Shown piece by piece: positions 22,233 through 32,249 of a stretch of DNA of 64,000 nt. The notes beneath the pieces are model-generated. The model was not told the origin of the DNA. It ran no database searches and saw nothing but the letters and a program-made list of their open reading frames with translations. The position numbers and the translations under genes are program-made. The number at the start of each line of letters is the position of its first letter. Within the stretch, counting starts at the first letter, position 1. This DNA comes from an uncultured virus (IMG/VR IMGVR_UViG_2912869438_000005) (taxonomy: Duplodnaviria; Heunggongvirae; Uroviricota; Caudoviricetes). Where the stretch lies: positions 1 through 64,000 of the IMG/VR virus record IMGVR_UViG_2912869438_000005, one strand, 5' to 3'.

Positions 22233-22724
22233 TTACTGTTTCTCTTTTTCCGATTTCACCTGTTCCAGTAAGCTCGTATATTGAGCTGCTCGGGATCGAT
22301 GATCACTACCATTTTTAATAACAAATATAAACACGAAGAAAATTAGGTATGATACCAGAATAAAGATCAATTGAAATTTTTCTTCATCTGTATAATAATT
22401 GAAAATTTGAGTAAGCATAAAAACAGTTGCCGCAATTAAACTGGGAACTGTCTTCGAATTGTCGAAAGACTCCTCGATTTCTTTCATCCTTGCGATACCA
22501 AGTATGACTGTATCTAAATCAAGCCGTCTAATTCGTTGAAGCTCGATTTTCTTGTTTTTGTTTGAACTATAACCAAAATAATCTCTAATGTATTTCTGTA
22601 TTTCTTCATCAGGCCACGTTAGCAATACCTCTCCTAAATCTTCAGGCTCTTTTTTTAGTTTATTCCTTTTCCTAATCCACCATCTAAACATCCCATCATT
22701 CACCTCGATCCTATTATCGGGCAA
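22233..22724 (-). CDS. YjcP-like two-TM protein (probable start 22691)
   Basis: LDLDTVILGIARMK.IEES.D.SK, two TMs. Confidence 0.65.
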   Translation of the reverse strand: MPDNRIEVNDGMFRWWIRKRNKLKKEPEDLGEVLLTWPDEEIQKYIRDYFGYSSNKNKKIELQRIRRLDLDTVILGIARMKEIEESFDNSKTVPSLIAATVFMLTQIFNYYTDEEKFQLIFILVSYLIFFVFIFVIKNGSDHRSRAAQYTSLLEQVKSEKEKQ

Positions 22725-22740
22725 ATGTGGAAAATTTTAA
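22714..22740 (-). promoter_or_regulatory. sigmaD-type promoter
   Basis: TTAA-N16-CCGATAA upstream of the RBS. Confidence 0.7.
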
Positions 22741-22796
22741 AGAGGGGATATGACAATGTGCTATACTTTACTTACCAAAATATTGGAGGTTGAACA

Positions 22797-23102
22797 TTGA
22801 TGAACTTCGATCCTGAGAAATTCAAGAAACTTCTTAATTCTGCGTCAAATCCTTCAAATCCAAAGGATACAAAAATAAAGAACTATTATGTGAATCAAGA
22901 GTATCAAGAGTTTGTATCTTTTGATATTGATTTTAAAAATGTAGACGTCGCCTTGCGTATTGCCGGACTTTTAGGAAAACACGCTACGAACTTTACAATA
23001 AACACTTTGCATTTCCCTGACACAAACAAAATTGATTATATTCAATTTATAGTATTCAAAATTAATGACCCGGAACTTTTAGCTATCCTAGATCAAATAT
23101 AA
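22797..23102 (+). CDS. hypothetical protein
   Basis: GGAGG RBS; hairpin at 23109-23134 downstream. Confidence 0.65.
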   Translation: MMNFDPEKFKKLLNSASNPSNPKDTKIKNYYVNQEYQEFVSFDIDFKNVDVALRIAGLLGKHATNFTINTLHFPDTNKIDYIQFIVFKINDPELLAILDQI

Positions 23103-23238
23103 AAATAAAATCCCACTTAATGATAAGTGGGATTGGTTATTAATCGGTGCATCTCTGTAAGGATGCACTCTTAAAAAGCGATTAACATTTTTGTTACTAT
23201 TATAATACATCTAAGTTTTTATTTTGTCAATGGTTGTT

Positions 23239-23916
23239 TTAAACTTGATGGTTTTTTTCTTTTAAAACCTTTATTTCATCTCTTAGTTCAGCAATTTCTT
23301 GTTCCATGTCATTGATTTTTTGATACTGTAAGCTATAAAGCAATGAAAAGGAAGTTTCAATTACTTCTTGAAAAATTGATCCCACTAAATAAATATCTTC
23401 ATTCAAAGAGGATATCTTATTCAATAATCGCCCTTTACTTATAATCCTCAATTCATCCATTACAATAGCTGATTCAGATTCAAATCCATCAGCAGGAGTA
23501 ACTCTCCTGTAACGTTTAAGTCCAGAAGGATTTGTTATTGGATGAAAAGCATCTTTCACTTTGTCAGGACTTGATGTAACAGGTAACACGATCAATTTGT
23601 TTTCAATTTCATCGAGAATTAGAACAGGATGACAATAAGCAAATTCGAAATTTAGTCCTAAATCGGCTAAAAAGATTTCCCCTTGTTGTGGTGTTACTAT
23701 ATTGTTCCTTTCCTTATACTGATTAAACCGCCTTCTTTGAATCCAGTTCTGTAAGCTTTTTGTTATTTCTGACAGCTCATCTTCATTAACTTTATAAGAA
23801 CAGTGATTTACAAAGTTAAAAGATGTGAGGAGAAACTCTCTCCATACTTTTTCTGAATCAGAAGCCTTAATATTATTTGATAAATTGTTAAACTTGCTAA
23901 AATCAGGTTTAAGCAT
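23239..23916 (-). CDS. PemK/MazF-family protein with N- and C-terminal extensions
   Basis: QGEIFLADLG..E...HPVLIL..LIVLPVTS..S....ELRIISKGRL. Confidence 0.75.
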   Translation of the reverse strand: MLKPDFSKFNNLSNNIKASDSEKVWREFLLTSFNFVNHCSYKVNEDELSEITKSLQNWIQRRRFNQYKERNNIVTPQQGEIFLADLGLNFEFAYCHPVLILDEIENKLIVLPVTSSPDKVKDAFHPITNPSGLKRYRRVTPADGFESESAIVMDELRIISKGRLLNKISSLNEDIYLVGSIFQEVIETSFSLLYSLQYQKINDMEQEIAELRDEIKVLKEKNHQV

Positions 23917-24053
23917 TTGATCCTCCCAAAACTTGATGAATAATCGATTCGACAGAATAGGAGGAAATACCTTCTTTTTTTACAAATTTTCATTTCACAC
24001 AAAAGCAAAACCCCTTTAGGGAAGGGATCTTGATTTTGAATAAAAGAGTGATT

Positions 24054-25055
24054 TTACATAAATATTTGATTCTTCTCTTCTTTAAAATCGCGAAGATCAT
24101 AGTGTTTGATTGTAGTGGAGACATCTTCGTGTTGAGCAATGTATTTGCTGACAAGTTCAATCTTGATTTTCTTGACTTCGAGTAAGTAGGTGATACAAGA
24201 GGCTTTAAAAAGGTGAGGGTTGATTCTGCGGCCAAGAATGTCTGACAAAACATCGGAGCAAAAATAATCAGCCCACGTTTCTGACATTTGCTTTGGTTGT
24301 CCACCGTAAGTAGTGGTAAAGAGGTATTCATGATCATACCCACGTTTTTCGTGCCACAGCTTTAAATATTTTAGAGCCTCTGTGTTGATCATATATTCCA
24401 ACACCTTGCCTTCACCACTGCCTTTGCCAAATACTTTATGTGACAACACATATTGCTGCCCTTCTGGGATAGGGTAATCTAAAATTTCTGTCTTAAACTG
24501 TATGATTTCAGCTCTTCTAGCACCTACATTAAAAGCCGTTGCAAGCCAGGCCATTCCTAAATAATTTTCATCTTCCTCAAGGGCTTTCATCATGGTTTGA
24601 TAATCTTCATATGTAATTTTTACTTTCTCATAGGTGACTGTCTTAGGTATAGCAGGGAGGCCGCGGGTAAAGTTCCTGAATGTTTTATAATTGTCATCAT
24701 CTTCAGCCACGACGTTTTCAATATAGTTATTTAAAGAAGAAACACCAGCTTTTTTTAGTGCGATACCACTGGAAGACATGCCTCTGTTTTTTAAGAAACT
24801 TTGGTATCTAATGAAGTCACGCTTAGTGATCTTATACAGTTTCTTTCCATTTAGAGAATTATGTACCCACCAAAAGAATTGCCGAAGGGAAGAGGTGTAT
24901 TGCTTTCTTGTTTTGTTACGGAATGAGTGAGCATCCAAGAATTCTTCTGTTAAATTTCTGTGCTCCTCATCAACCTGCCCCCACATCTTATCAGTAACAT
25001 CAGGCAGCTTCTTTGCACGGGGGCGTATCATATTCTGTTTTATTTCTTTCGCCAT
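24054..25055 (-). CDS. yomM: tyrosine recombinase/integrase family protein
   Basis: GARRAE, KG, NPHLFK (HxxK), QHED..TT..HY motifs. Confidence 0.85.
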   Translation of the reverse strand: MAKEIKQNMIRPRAKKLPDVTDKMWGQVDEEHRNLTEEFLDAHSFRNKTRKQYTSSLRQFFWWVHNSLNGKKLYKITKRDFIRYQSFLKNRGMSSSGIALKKAGVSSLNNYIENVVAEDDDNYKTFRNFTRGLPAIPKTVTYEKVKITYEDYQTMMKALEEDENYLGMAWLATAFNVGARRAEIIQFKTEILDYPIPEGQQYVLSHKVFGKGSGEGKVLEYMINTEALKYLKLWHEKRGYDHEYLFTTTYGGQPKQMSETWADYFCSDVLSDILGRRINPHLFKASCITYLLEVKKIKIELVSKYIAQHEDVSTTIKHYDLRDFKEEKNQIFM

Positions 25056-25068
25056 TAATTCACCACCA

Positions 25069-25488
25069 CTATTTAATTGTTTTGTGCCCAAGTTTATTGA
25101 TATCCTTGGTAACAGCTTCAATTAATCGACCATCCTTTAAAGCTTCAGCAGTGTTGGCCATGAAAGGTCTTGGTTTACCATAGCCATAATCGTATGTGTC
25201 TGGGAATGTATAACCTTCACCAGTTTCAACAACAGTTGCGACATCGCGACCTTCATCTTCTCGAATGTTATCCAATGAGAGCCCGTTAGCTTCATTTTCA
25301 GTTACAAAGGAGCTTTTCAGGTCATGTGTTCTTTCATAAACTAGGGGATTGTAGACGTCGTAAACATCAGTTTCAGCATGTTCTTGCCCAGTCTTGATTA
25401 ACGTTTGCTTAGTGCTGCTATTTGATTGCTGGATGGCCTTTAAAGCTTCTGTTTGCACTAAAACGGCGAGATCTTTATAAGTCGCCAT
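25069..25488 (-). CDS. yomN: putative tail completion protein
   Basis: YERT, PRPFM motifs; synteny. Confidence 0.65.
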   Translation of the reverse strand: MATYKDLAVLVQTEALKAIQQSNSSTKQTLIKTGQEHAETDVYDVYNPLVYERTHDLKSSFVTENEANGLSLDNIREDEGRDVATVVETGEGYTFPDTYDYGYGKPRPFMANTAEALKDGRLIEAVTKDINKLGHKTIK

Positions 25489-25489
25489 T

Positions 25490-25978
25490 TTAGCTGTCCT
25501 CTTGAGTAAGCTCTTCAACTTTTCTTAGAATATCTTCATTGGCTTCTAGTGAATCTACAAATTCCTTACTCTGTTGAGCAATTTTTGCAACGTTTAGAGC
25601 TGTTTTATCAATTCTTTGCAAACTTTCTTTAGGGAATGACTCGTAAATCTTAGAAGCGAAATCCGATTTTGCAATTTCCTCGAACATTTTTAGTTTATCT
25701 GTAAGTTTTTTAGGGAATTCTGCAATATCTCTAAATTCGATAATTGTATACACATAAAGTAAGTCACCTGGGCTAAGTTCTGTTTTAACACCTTTTTTAT
25801 TTTTAATATCCGTGAAATCCCGAATTAAAGATTTAAACATCTTCATAATTCTTGAAGAGTCAAAATTCGGATAAATATAAGTATGATATTGATCATTCAA
25901 TTCAATTCTCTGCTTCTCATTGTATTTCTTATTATCCTCTTTAATATGACTAAGCGTTAATTTTTGTGTTGTCATCAT
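25490..25978 (-). CDS. yomO: putative tail assembly chaperone
   Basis: Synteny and recalled similarity. Confidence 0.6.
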   Translation of the reverse strand: MMTTQKLTLSHIKEDNKKYNEKQRIELNDQYHTYIYPNFDSSRIMKMFKSLIRDFTDIKNKKGVKTELSPGDLLYVYTIIEFRDIAEFPKKLTDKLKMFEEIAKSDFASKIYESFPKESLQRIDKTALNVAKIAQQSKEFVDSLEANEDILRKVEELTQEDS

Positions 25979-26013
25979 ATTTCCTCCTTATAAACCCAAA
26001 ATAAAAACACCTA

Positions 26014-26205
26014 TTAAGGTGTTACGGACATTCCTAAATCCACACTGACATTAATGAATGGCTTATCATAACTCCTGCCTGTTATTTCTTCATACTCTTC
26101 AGGGGTAATGTGCCCCCAGTCAACATAGTCTCTCATAATAGAGTCGTCTTCATAGCAGCCCCAATCATAGAACTGTTTGATTGTGGTGTAATCAGGATAT
26201 TTCAT
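26014..26205 (-). CDS. yomP: XkdX-family protein
   Basis: IKQFYDWG..ITPEEYEEITG motif. Confidence 0.85.
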   Translation of the reverse strand: MKYPDYTTIKQFYDWGCYEDDSIMRDYVDWGHITPEEYEEITGRSYDKPFINVSVDLGMSVTP

Positions 26206-26528
26206 GACGATCCACCACTTAGTTCAGCAACAGCCTTCTGTAGTTTTGCTATTTCATAAGTAAGTATTGCATTCTGTTTCTTTAAGAGGTCAATGGGGTC
26301 TGGCTCTGATTCTGTCGGTGGATGTAATGCATTAATGTAATCCTGATCAGCGCTTTCTTTCCAAGTTTGTTCAGCGGGATAAAATTTCGCTATATAGAGG
26401 CCAGGAGGGGGTTCAATATCAGTCCATCCATCTGGAACTGTATAATTTCCACTCTGATCGGGTGCAAGAACATCATTTTCGATCAACAAATAAGTTTTCG
26501 GATCATATTTAAATATGTTTTTCAGCAT
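26202..26528 (-). CDS. yomQ: XkdW-like tail fiber assembly protein
   Basis: VPDGWTDIEPP.GLY motif; lies between the fiber and the XkdX gene. Confidence 0.7.
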   Translation of the reverse strand: MLKNIFKYDPKTYLLIENDVLAPDQSGNYTVPDGWTDIEPPPGLYIAKFYPAEQTWKESADQDYINALHPPTESEPDPIDLLKKQNAILTYEIAKLQKAVAELSGGSS

Positions 26529-26540
26529 TTTAATCTTCTC

Positions 26541-28172
26541 CTAAAGAGGAATTACTTCATCTAAACCGTAAGATGTAATGTTCTCAAGTTTATCTGAAAT
26601 TTGACCTTCTAGCCTCATATCGCCATTTGTTTCGATATATAGCTTTGTCATACCAGTAGTTCCGTAAATAGGGACTATTTTGCATCGGAGTTTGGATGGC
26701 CTGTACGATGCAGGGAGTGTGCCAAACACTGTTCCTCTTGTAGCGATAATTTCTCCTTCCAATAATAAAAGGCCGCCAATTGTTGAACATCTTACTCTTC
26801 TGTCTCCGTGTTTTGCTCCATTTTTTAATGGAACATCAGTCCAAGTTGGTTCAATTTCACTTGATGTTACAACACGCTTCCAGCCTTTGAAAACTCCGTC
26901 TGTGTGAACAGTGCTATGCCAAATCGTATTGTCGTAACTTCTCCAAGCATATATTGTTTTTCTTCCTTGATCAGTCTCAACTACATCGTAGTTAAACCAC
27001 GAGCTATCGTTAGCTGTTGGATTGTTTTGGACTACATGTCCAGGAGCAAAATAAAAACCAGAAGGTAACGTTAATAGGTCTGTCCCATCTGCCAATTTAG
27101 TGCGCTTTCCGTCGTCACTAATAAATTTGTATATTTGTGCATTGCTCCATCTTGTACGTTCGGAAGCAGTCAAATGAACTGTTTTATTGTTTGCATGAGC
27201 ATCAACTTTAGCCTGTGCTCCCCCTGAAGTTTCAAGCACTTCCCAATCAGACCAATTTCCATTAGAGAGCGTTTTTCGATAGGTTTTATTTGCGTTATCA
27301 AACGCAATGACTTGGCCGTGAGTTCCATTAAAATTACAAGTCCAAATTCCTCTGACAGCCACACCAGGACTGTTTCCTGCACTCGGATGAGATGTAAAAT
27401 GAACAAATCCTTTATATTTCAGCAGCAGTTCATGAAAATCATCAGTTTGATTAACGTAGAATAGTTGCTGTCCATCATTGTTTGTGATTTTAAAAAGCTG
27501 GCTTGCATTCCATTTTTCACGTTCTTCAGCAGTTATATGTTTAATTAAATCAGCGGTATGTAAATCAAACTCTGCTTTAGTTGCTTGTTCCTCGTTTGTC
27601 ACATTCCCTAAACCGATTTGGTCTTTTGTTACGGAATGCGGATTAGTTTTATCATTTACATGAGCGTCTGTATAATTTTTCGCTAATTTCAGCGCATCAT
27701 CTACATCAGAAGAGGAGGGGACTGTAATGAATTCTGTCCAGCCAGTGGAAGGGTACCAATGACGAAGATAAATCCTTGGATCATTTCGATTTCCGGCATT
27801 AAAGAAAAATTGCGCAAATCGGTATTTGGTAGCCTTAACATTCAAACACTCACCGTACTTACTAGGATATCCAACCGCACTACCTGCGAGATGAAAAGTT
27901 GAAATTCCAAAAGGGTAGCTATCTCCAGGGTATGAAGCATCTTGATATGGTGTAGGATCATTAATAATTGTCACCTGTTCAGTAGTTACTTCATGCGGAT
28001 TAGCTTTATTGTTAATATGGTAATTCACCAAATCAGAAAACTTTTCAACTTCACCTTTGATCTCTTTCTCGGTGTCCAAAGTGTGTTTTTCCAGTTTGGA
28101 AAGATTCCCTTTTAAATTCTCAATTTTTATTTCATTTTCTTTATTCTGTGCTCTAGAGAGATTATCCATCAC
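26541..28172 (-). CDS. yomR: tail fiber/receptor-binding protein
   Basis: NPH.VT..Q repeats, knob-like repeats, C-terminal GTLP..YRP domain. Confidence 0.8.
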   Translation of the reverse strand: MMDNLSRAQNKENEIKIENLKGNLSKLEKHTLDTEKEIKGEVEKFSDLVNYHINNKANPHEVTTEQVTIINDPTPYQDASYPGDSYPFGISTFHLAGSAVGYPSKYGECLNVKATKYRFAQFFFNAGNRNDPRIYLRHWYPSTGWTEFITVPSSSDVDDALKLAKNYTDAHVNDKTNPHSVTKDQIGLGNVTNEEQATKAEFDLHTADLIKHITAEEREKWNASQLFKITNNDGQQLFYVNQTDDFHELLLKYKGFVHFTSHPSAGNSPGVAVRGIWTCNFNGTHGQVIAFDNANKTYRKTLSNGNWSDWEVLETSGGAQAKVDAHANNKTVHLTASERTRWSNAQIYKFISDDGKRTKLADGTDLLTLPSGFYFAPGHVVQNNPTANDSSWFNYDVVETDQGRKTIYAWRSYDNTIWHSTVHTDGVFKGWKRVVTSSEIEPTWTDVPLKNGAKHGDRRVRCSTIGGLLLLEGEIIATRGTVFGTLPASYRPSKLRCKIVPIYGTTGMTKLYIETNGDMRLEGQISDKLENITSYGLDEVIPL

Positions 28173-28537
28173 TATGTCACCGCATTTCCCTTAATGGTAA
28201 GTGAACCGCCATTGATTTTGGTTATTTCAAATAAAATTGCGGTTTTCCCGGCGACATCAAATTCCCATATTTCATCAATTCCAAGAGTGCTTGCGCCAAA
28301 CATGTGATTAGAGGAGTTTATCCCTTCTAGAATAATTTTCTTTCCATCTTGTGTAACACTATAAAATTTAACTTCTCTTGAAGTACAGTCGCCTGTAATT
28401 TCAACAGTAAGTGTGCGATGAGCACCCACTATAAGTTTTTCACCTTCACCAGGTTCAGTTACAGAATCATGGAAGACGAAAGGAGTGATTTGAGGTTCGA
28501 CTTTTCGCGGTAGTGTTTTATAATTGCAAACTGACAC
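28172..28537 (-). CDS. yomS: virion-associated protein
   Basis: Synteny and recalled similarity. Confidence 0.6.
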   Translation of the reverse strand: MSVCNYKTLPRKVEPQITPFVFHDSVTEPGEGEKLIVGAHRTLTVEITGDCTSREVKFYSVTQDGKKIILEGINSSNHMFGASTLGIDEIWEFDVAGKTAILFEITKINGGSLTIKGNAVT

Positions 28538-28645
28538 CAGAAACCTCCTTACATAAATTTTCTTAATAAAACACGCATTTTATTTGTATAAAAAAGAAGA
28601 GGGGAATCCCCCTCATAATCTTTATTAATTAGATATTATTTTTGG

Positions 28646-29038
28646 TTAGCTGGATGCTTGGCTGCCTTTTAATTCATCAATTTGTTTTTGTAAATCATCG
28701 AACTTAGCCTTAACTTCGCTGTTTAAGTTAACGAGCAAGACGCTGCCGGTTCCAATGTTGTTACTTCTGACAATATTGTCACCAAGCATTTCATGAGTAA
28801 TGCTTTTTTCTTCAATGACAGCAGGATCGCCTTTATCACCTTTTGGTCCCGGTTCACCCTTGTCTCCCTTATCACCTTTTGGCCCCTGTGGCCCCGGTTC
28901 ACCTGGCATCCCTTTAATGTATAAAGGGTTCTCTTCATTGTTGTTTTTCAAATAAACAGCCGTTACTGGTTTTCCTGTGCCATCATCCTCTGCGGAAGTA
29001 TATACTCCATTACTTTGGTTTAAAAATTGATCTGCCAA
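28646..29038 (-). CDS. collagen-like (Gly-X-Y) virion accessory protein
   Basis: GMPGEPGPQGPKGDKGDKGEPGPKGDKGD. Confidence 0.75.
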   Translation of the reverse strand: MADQFLNQSNGVYTSAEDDGTGKPVTAVYLKNNNEENPLYIKGMPGEPGPQGPKGDKGDKGEPGPKGDKGDPAVIEEKSITHEMLGDNIVRSNNIGTGSVLLVNLNSEVKAKFDDLQKQIDELKGSQASS

Positions 29039-29060
29039 TATAATCTCTCCTTATCTGTTT

Positions 29061-29906
29061 TTATGAATTATTTGAGTCACCAACGTCTACTGATTTAGTT
29101 TGCGTTCCTGTGTCTGATCCTGGGTCTGGAGTAGGTTCTGGTTGCTCAGGCTCGGGAGAAGGTTGGGTATCATCAATAGGATTTCCATCTTCATCGACTG
29201 GAATTTGAAGGACTCGTCCCATTTTCCCTGAACCTCTTTTCGCTGTAGCTTCAAACTTCAATTCAGGAGTGAGAGCAGTTCCATTTTCAAGTGACATATC
29301 AAACTCACCGGAAGGAGTAACATTATCGAATTGAAAGTATAAATAGTTAATTACTTGATTAGTATCTGGATCGTATTCAATTGTTCGGTATTCAATTTCA
29401 TACTTCTCAGAGAACTTATCAGAGGCAATTTCCATAGAACGGCCTTTCACTTCTTCTTTGTAAATTGCAAGCAGTTCATCACCAGGCTTTGCGAACTCTT
29501 CAGGAACTGTAACTGTTTTGTCCTTTGCTTCAAGTGTAATTGAATTTCCTTTAGTGTCTTGAAGGGTTACTAATCCGATCGGCTCCCTTGTCACGTCAAC
29601 CTCACCAATATCTGAAACCATAAGATCATAATCAGTTTTGTAGACGTTAAATGTTCCTTTTTCAATTTCAACGCCTTGAGACATAGCCAACCATTCAAGA
29701 TCAAACAGCGCATTTTTTAGATTCAAAGTAATTTCTTTATCAGATCGAAGGATGGCAATCGTTCTGTTTCCAATACCACCCTTTAGCTTATCTTGGGTAA
29801 CTGCTTGCGAAAATCCAGCAATTTGGGCTTCCGCAGTAGCAACCAAATGGCCATCACGTTTTCTTTTTAAAATAACGTCAGCCGTATCGTTAATAACTGT
29901 TTTCAT
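29061..29906 (-). CDS. yomU: major tail tube protein with Pro-rich C-terminus
   Basis: Size, position and recalled similarity. Confidence 0.7.
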   Translation of the reverse strand: MKTVINDTADVILKRKRDGHLVATAEAQIAGFSQAVTQDKLKGGIGNRTIAILRSDKEITLNLKNALFDLEWLAMSQGVEIEKGTFNVYKTDYDLMVSDIGEVDVTREPIGLVTLQDTKGNSITLEAKDKTVTVPEEFAKPGDELLAIYKEEVKGRSMEIASDKFSEKYEIEYRTIEYDPDTNQVINYLYFQFDNVTPSGEFDMSLENGTALTPELKFEATAKRGSGKMGRVLQIPVDEDGNPIDDTQPSPEPEQPEPTPDPGSDTGTQTKSVDVGDSNNS

Positions 29907-29936
29907 TAATTAAATTCCTCCTAATAAAAAAGCAGC

Positions 29937-30647
29937 CTAGTGGCTGCTTGAGATCATTTTAGAAATATTTTCTGCTTCTTTTTTAGAAAGAGTGTGGCTA
30001 TCATCTTCAAATATCTCTATGTCTTTGCTCCAATCCTCTATGTTTTTAGCGTGATCGGGATCTACAGTCGCAAAAAGGGTGGAGGTGTCATATTTCTTTA
30101 ATAAAGCTATTCTTAAGAAAGTCATGTAAACTTGATAAATAGTCCAATTAACAATCTTTTCATAATCACTAGAACCAAAAGCGACGATGCTTGAGATCAT
30201 GTTTGTCAAATTAAGCTCTGAGGACTCTAGGCTTTTAAGTCGCTTGCTTCGTTCTATTGCCTTTTGGATAATGGGGTTTGGGTTAATTTTTTCTTCTTTC
30301 AATAAATTCATATCTAAAATCAATTTTCGTATTTCAGTAAAATTTTCGTGAGTAACTTTTTCAAGAATCCCTTCGTCATTGAACATTTTACTTAATACTT
30401 TATGATAGGCTTCTGTAAATAAGGGAAGCTGCGTAACAACTTCAAATAATGTAAGTTTCTTTACTTCCTTGGAAGACTCAGTTTGATTTGCGGAAAACAG
30501 GCTATATGCGATTTCATCCCTACTCATTCTGACAAGGTTAAGATATTGAGCGAACTTGTAATAATCCTTTATCTTAATGAAATGACATTCTCCAATTGAA
30601 GTTTCAATTGGTAAGCCTAATATGTAAAAGTCTCGTAAATCATTCAT
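29937..30647 (-). CDS. yomV: morphogenesis protein
   Basis: Synteny. Confidence 0.6.
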   Translation of the reverse strand: MNDLRDFYILGLPIETSIGECHFIKIKDYYKFAQYLNLVRMSRDEIAYSLFSANQTESSKEVKKLTLFEVVTQLPLFTEAYHKVLSKMFNDEGILEKVTHENFTEIRKLILDMNLLKEEKINPNPIIQKAIERSKRLKSLESSELNLTNMISSIVAFGSSDYEKIVNWTIYQVYMTFLRIALLKKYDTSTLFATVDPDHAKNIEDWSKDIEIFEDDSHTLSKKEAENISKMISSSH

Positions 30648-31174
30648 TTCATTGCTCCAAATGTGAAAATCATTTTATAACCCAAATAACCAGCAGGAGG
30701 GTTTGCAATCAACATTCTTTTCGGAGCTAAAACCTTTCCAAAGCCAGCGATATTTTTATTGAAGAGAAGCTCAGATAATCTGTCCAAAATTTTCAATGAC
30801 CTGAATTCATTTTCTTCATATGTCTCGATATGAGTGTAGACATCAATGTGAAGGTCTTGATCCATAAGCAAATAGCTTTGATTAGAGGACTTTGATAAAC
30901 CACTACCCAGATACATGCAGAGTCTGCAGATTGGTGATTCAGTAATGTCATCGGTTTTTGGAGCTCTTTTGAAGATTGTCTTGAAAATAGGGGGGATACT
31001 GCGGACTTCTCCATCTTCTTCAAAAGTTGTTTCAACTTCATAGCCTTCTAAGTCCTGAACATCAGGGAGGTCAGGGGAGAGGGGATTGTCCTTATAATAC
31101 AGAAGTCTGTTGAGCTCAGAATCATTGATCAATGTTCTGAAAATCTTGGTCATGTGTTCGACCATGTTACTCAT
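30644..31174 (-). CDS. yomW: putative tail terminator
   Basis: Synteny. Confidence 0.6.
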   Translation of the reverse strand: MSNMVEHMTKIFRTLINDSELNRLLYYKDNPLSPDLPDVQDLEGYEVETTFEEDGEVRSIPPIFKTIFKRAPKTDDITESPICRLCMYLGSGLSKSSNQSYLLMDQDLHIDVYTHIETYEENEFRSLKILDRLSELLFNKNIAGFGKVLAPKRMLIANPPAGYLGYKMIFTFGAMK

Positions 31175-31839
31175 GCACTGTCTTCACCTCGGACTTTCTT
31201 TTCGGCAATTAATTTTATTGTGCCATGATCTCCATAAACCTTAGAATAATCAATATCCTTAACAAGATAATCCTCACCGAAAAATGAGAGAGGGAGTCCA
31301 ATTTTAATTTTGTCGTTTTTTATGTTTGGAATTGTGATGTTTGCTTGACCATTAGGAAGGTTGACGGCTAGATCAGTCCCATTTATAGATGTTGAACGTT
31401 CAAAAACACATGGTATTTCAATAACTTCTCCAGGGACTTTAATTTTGATTGGTTTACCAGTAATCTCGCTTATCTTGTCTGAATCAATCCATTTATCATT
31501 TGTAGTTATCTTTATTGAAGAGTTGGAAAGGCGCATAGTAGCGCTATCATTCATTTTGTTGTCAGTTGGTCTTGAATCAACTATCCAAAGATTATCATCA
31601 TATTTAATTATATCTCCACGATTTAACAATCCGATCACGGTCAGAATCTTTTTGACTTCACTGTTTTGAGTAGTCTGAATAATTACTTGGACAGGTTTTC
31701 CGTTGAGTTCAACATCATATGTTTCAGGGGAGTTGGCGAGGATTTCTTTGAAAATTTGATATTTATTTGAGGTAAACTCTTCATTTTCATAACCACTCAA
31801 ATAATTATTTGAGGACATCAAATACCATTCTTTAGACAT
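31171..31839 (-). CDS. yomX: putative head closure protein
   Basis: Synteny. Confidence 0.6.
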   Translation of the reverse strand: MSKEWYLMSSNNYLSGYENEEFTSNKYQIFKEILANSPETYDVELNGKPVQVIIQTTQNSEVKKILTVIGLLNRGDIIKYDDNLWIVDSRPTDNKMNDSATMRLSNSSIKITTNDKWIDSDKISEITGKPIKIKVPGEVIEIPCVFERSTSINGTDLAVNLPNGQANITIPNIKNDKIKIGLPLSFFGEDYLVKDIDYSKVYGDHGTIKLIAEKKVRGEDSA

Positions 31840-31851
31840 TTAGAAGACCCC

Positions 31852-32238
31852 TCAATCAAATTTAATTTCTTTCATTTTACTCATCTTTATGCCAATTTCC
31901 TCGCATAGTCCTTCATAAGCTCTGTTAACCTGTGCTTTTGTATTTGCAAGACCAGTTAACTGAATGTCCCGGCCGATTACGTTGTTCAATTTTAAAACTC
32001 TGTCAAGATACCGCCCCAGATAATTCTTATACATTAACATCCCTAAAATTTGTATTTGAGGGTAAGTTAGAGGGGACTTAAAATCCAATGTAATCTTGTC
32101 AAAATTTAATGGAGTTAATTCAAGCTCGTACTCACTTATTGCATTAAGCAAAAACTGCCTTTCTAAACTTTCCGGAAGCTCTTCCGTAGATTGAAACATT
32201 GAGTGGAATACATCTATGATTTCATCATAGGGAGTCAC
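31852..32238 (-). CDS. yomZ: putative head-tail adaptor
   Basis: MTPYDEI start; synteny. Confidence 0.55.
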   Translation of the reverse strand: MTPYDEIIDVFHSMFQSTEELPESLERQFLLNAISEYELELTPLNFDKITLDFKSPLTYPQIQILGMLMYKNYLGRYLDRVLKLNNVIGRDIQLTGLANTKAQVNRAYEGLCEEIGIKMSKMKEIKFD

Positions 32239-32249
32239 AATAGCACCCC

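Noticed and set aside
23990..24343. 117-aa ORF as the PemK antitoxin
   Set aside because: It is an alternate frame inside yomM, has no RBS and runs through a terminator-like hairpin
24054..25055. yomM as the prophage integrase or an att boundary
   Set aside because: It is internal to the tail module with phage genes on both sides; SPbeta integrates through a serine recombinase located elsewhere
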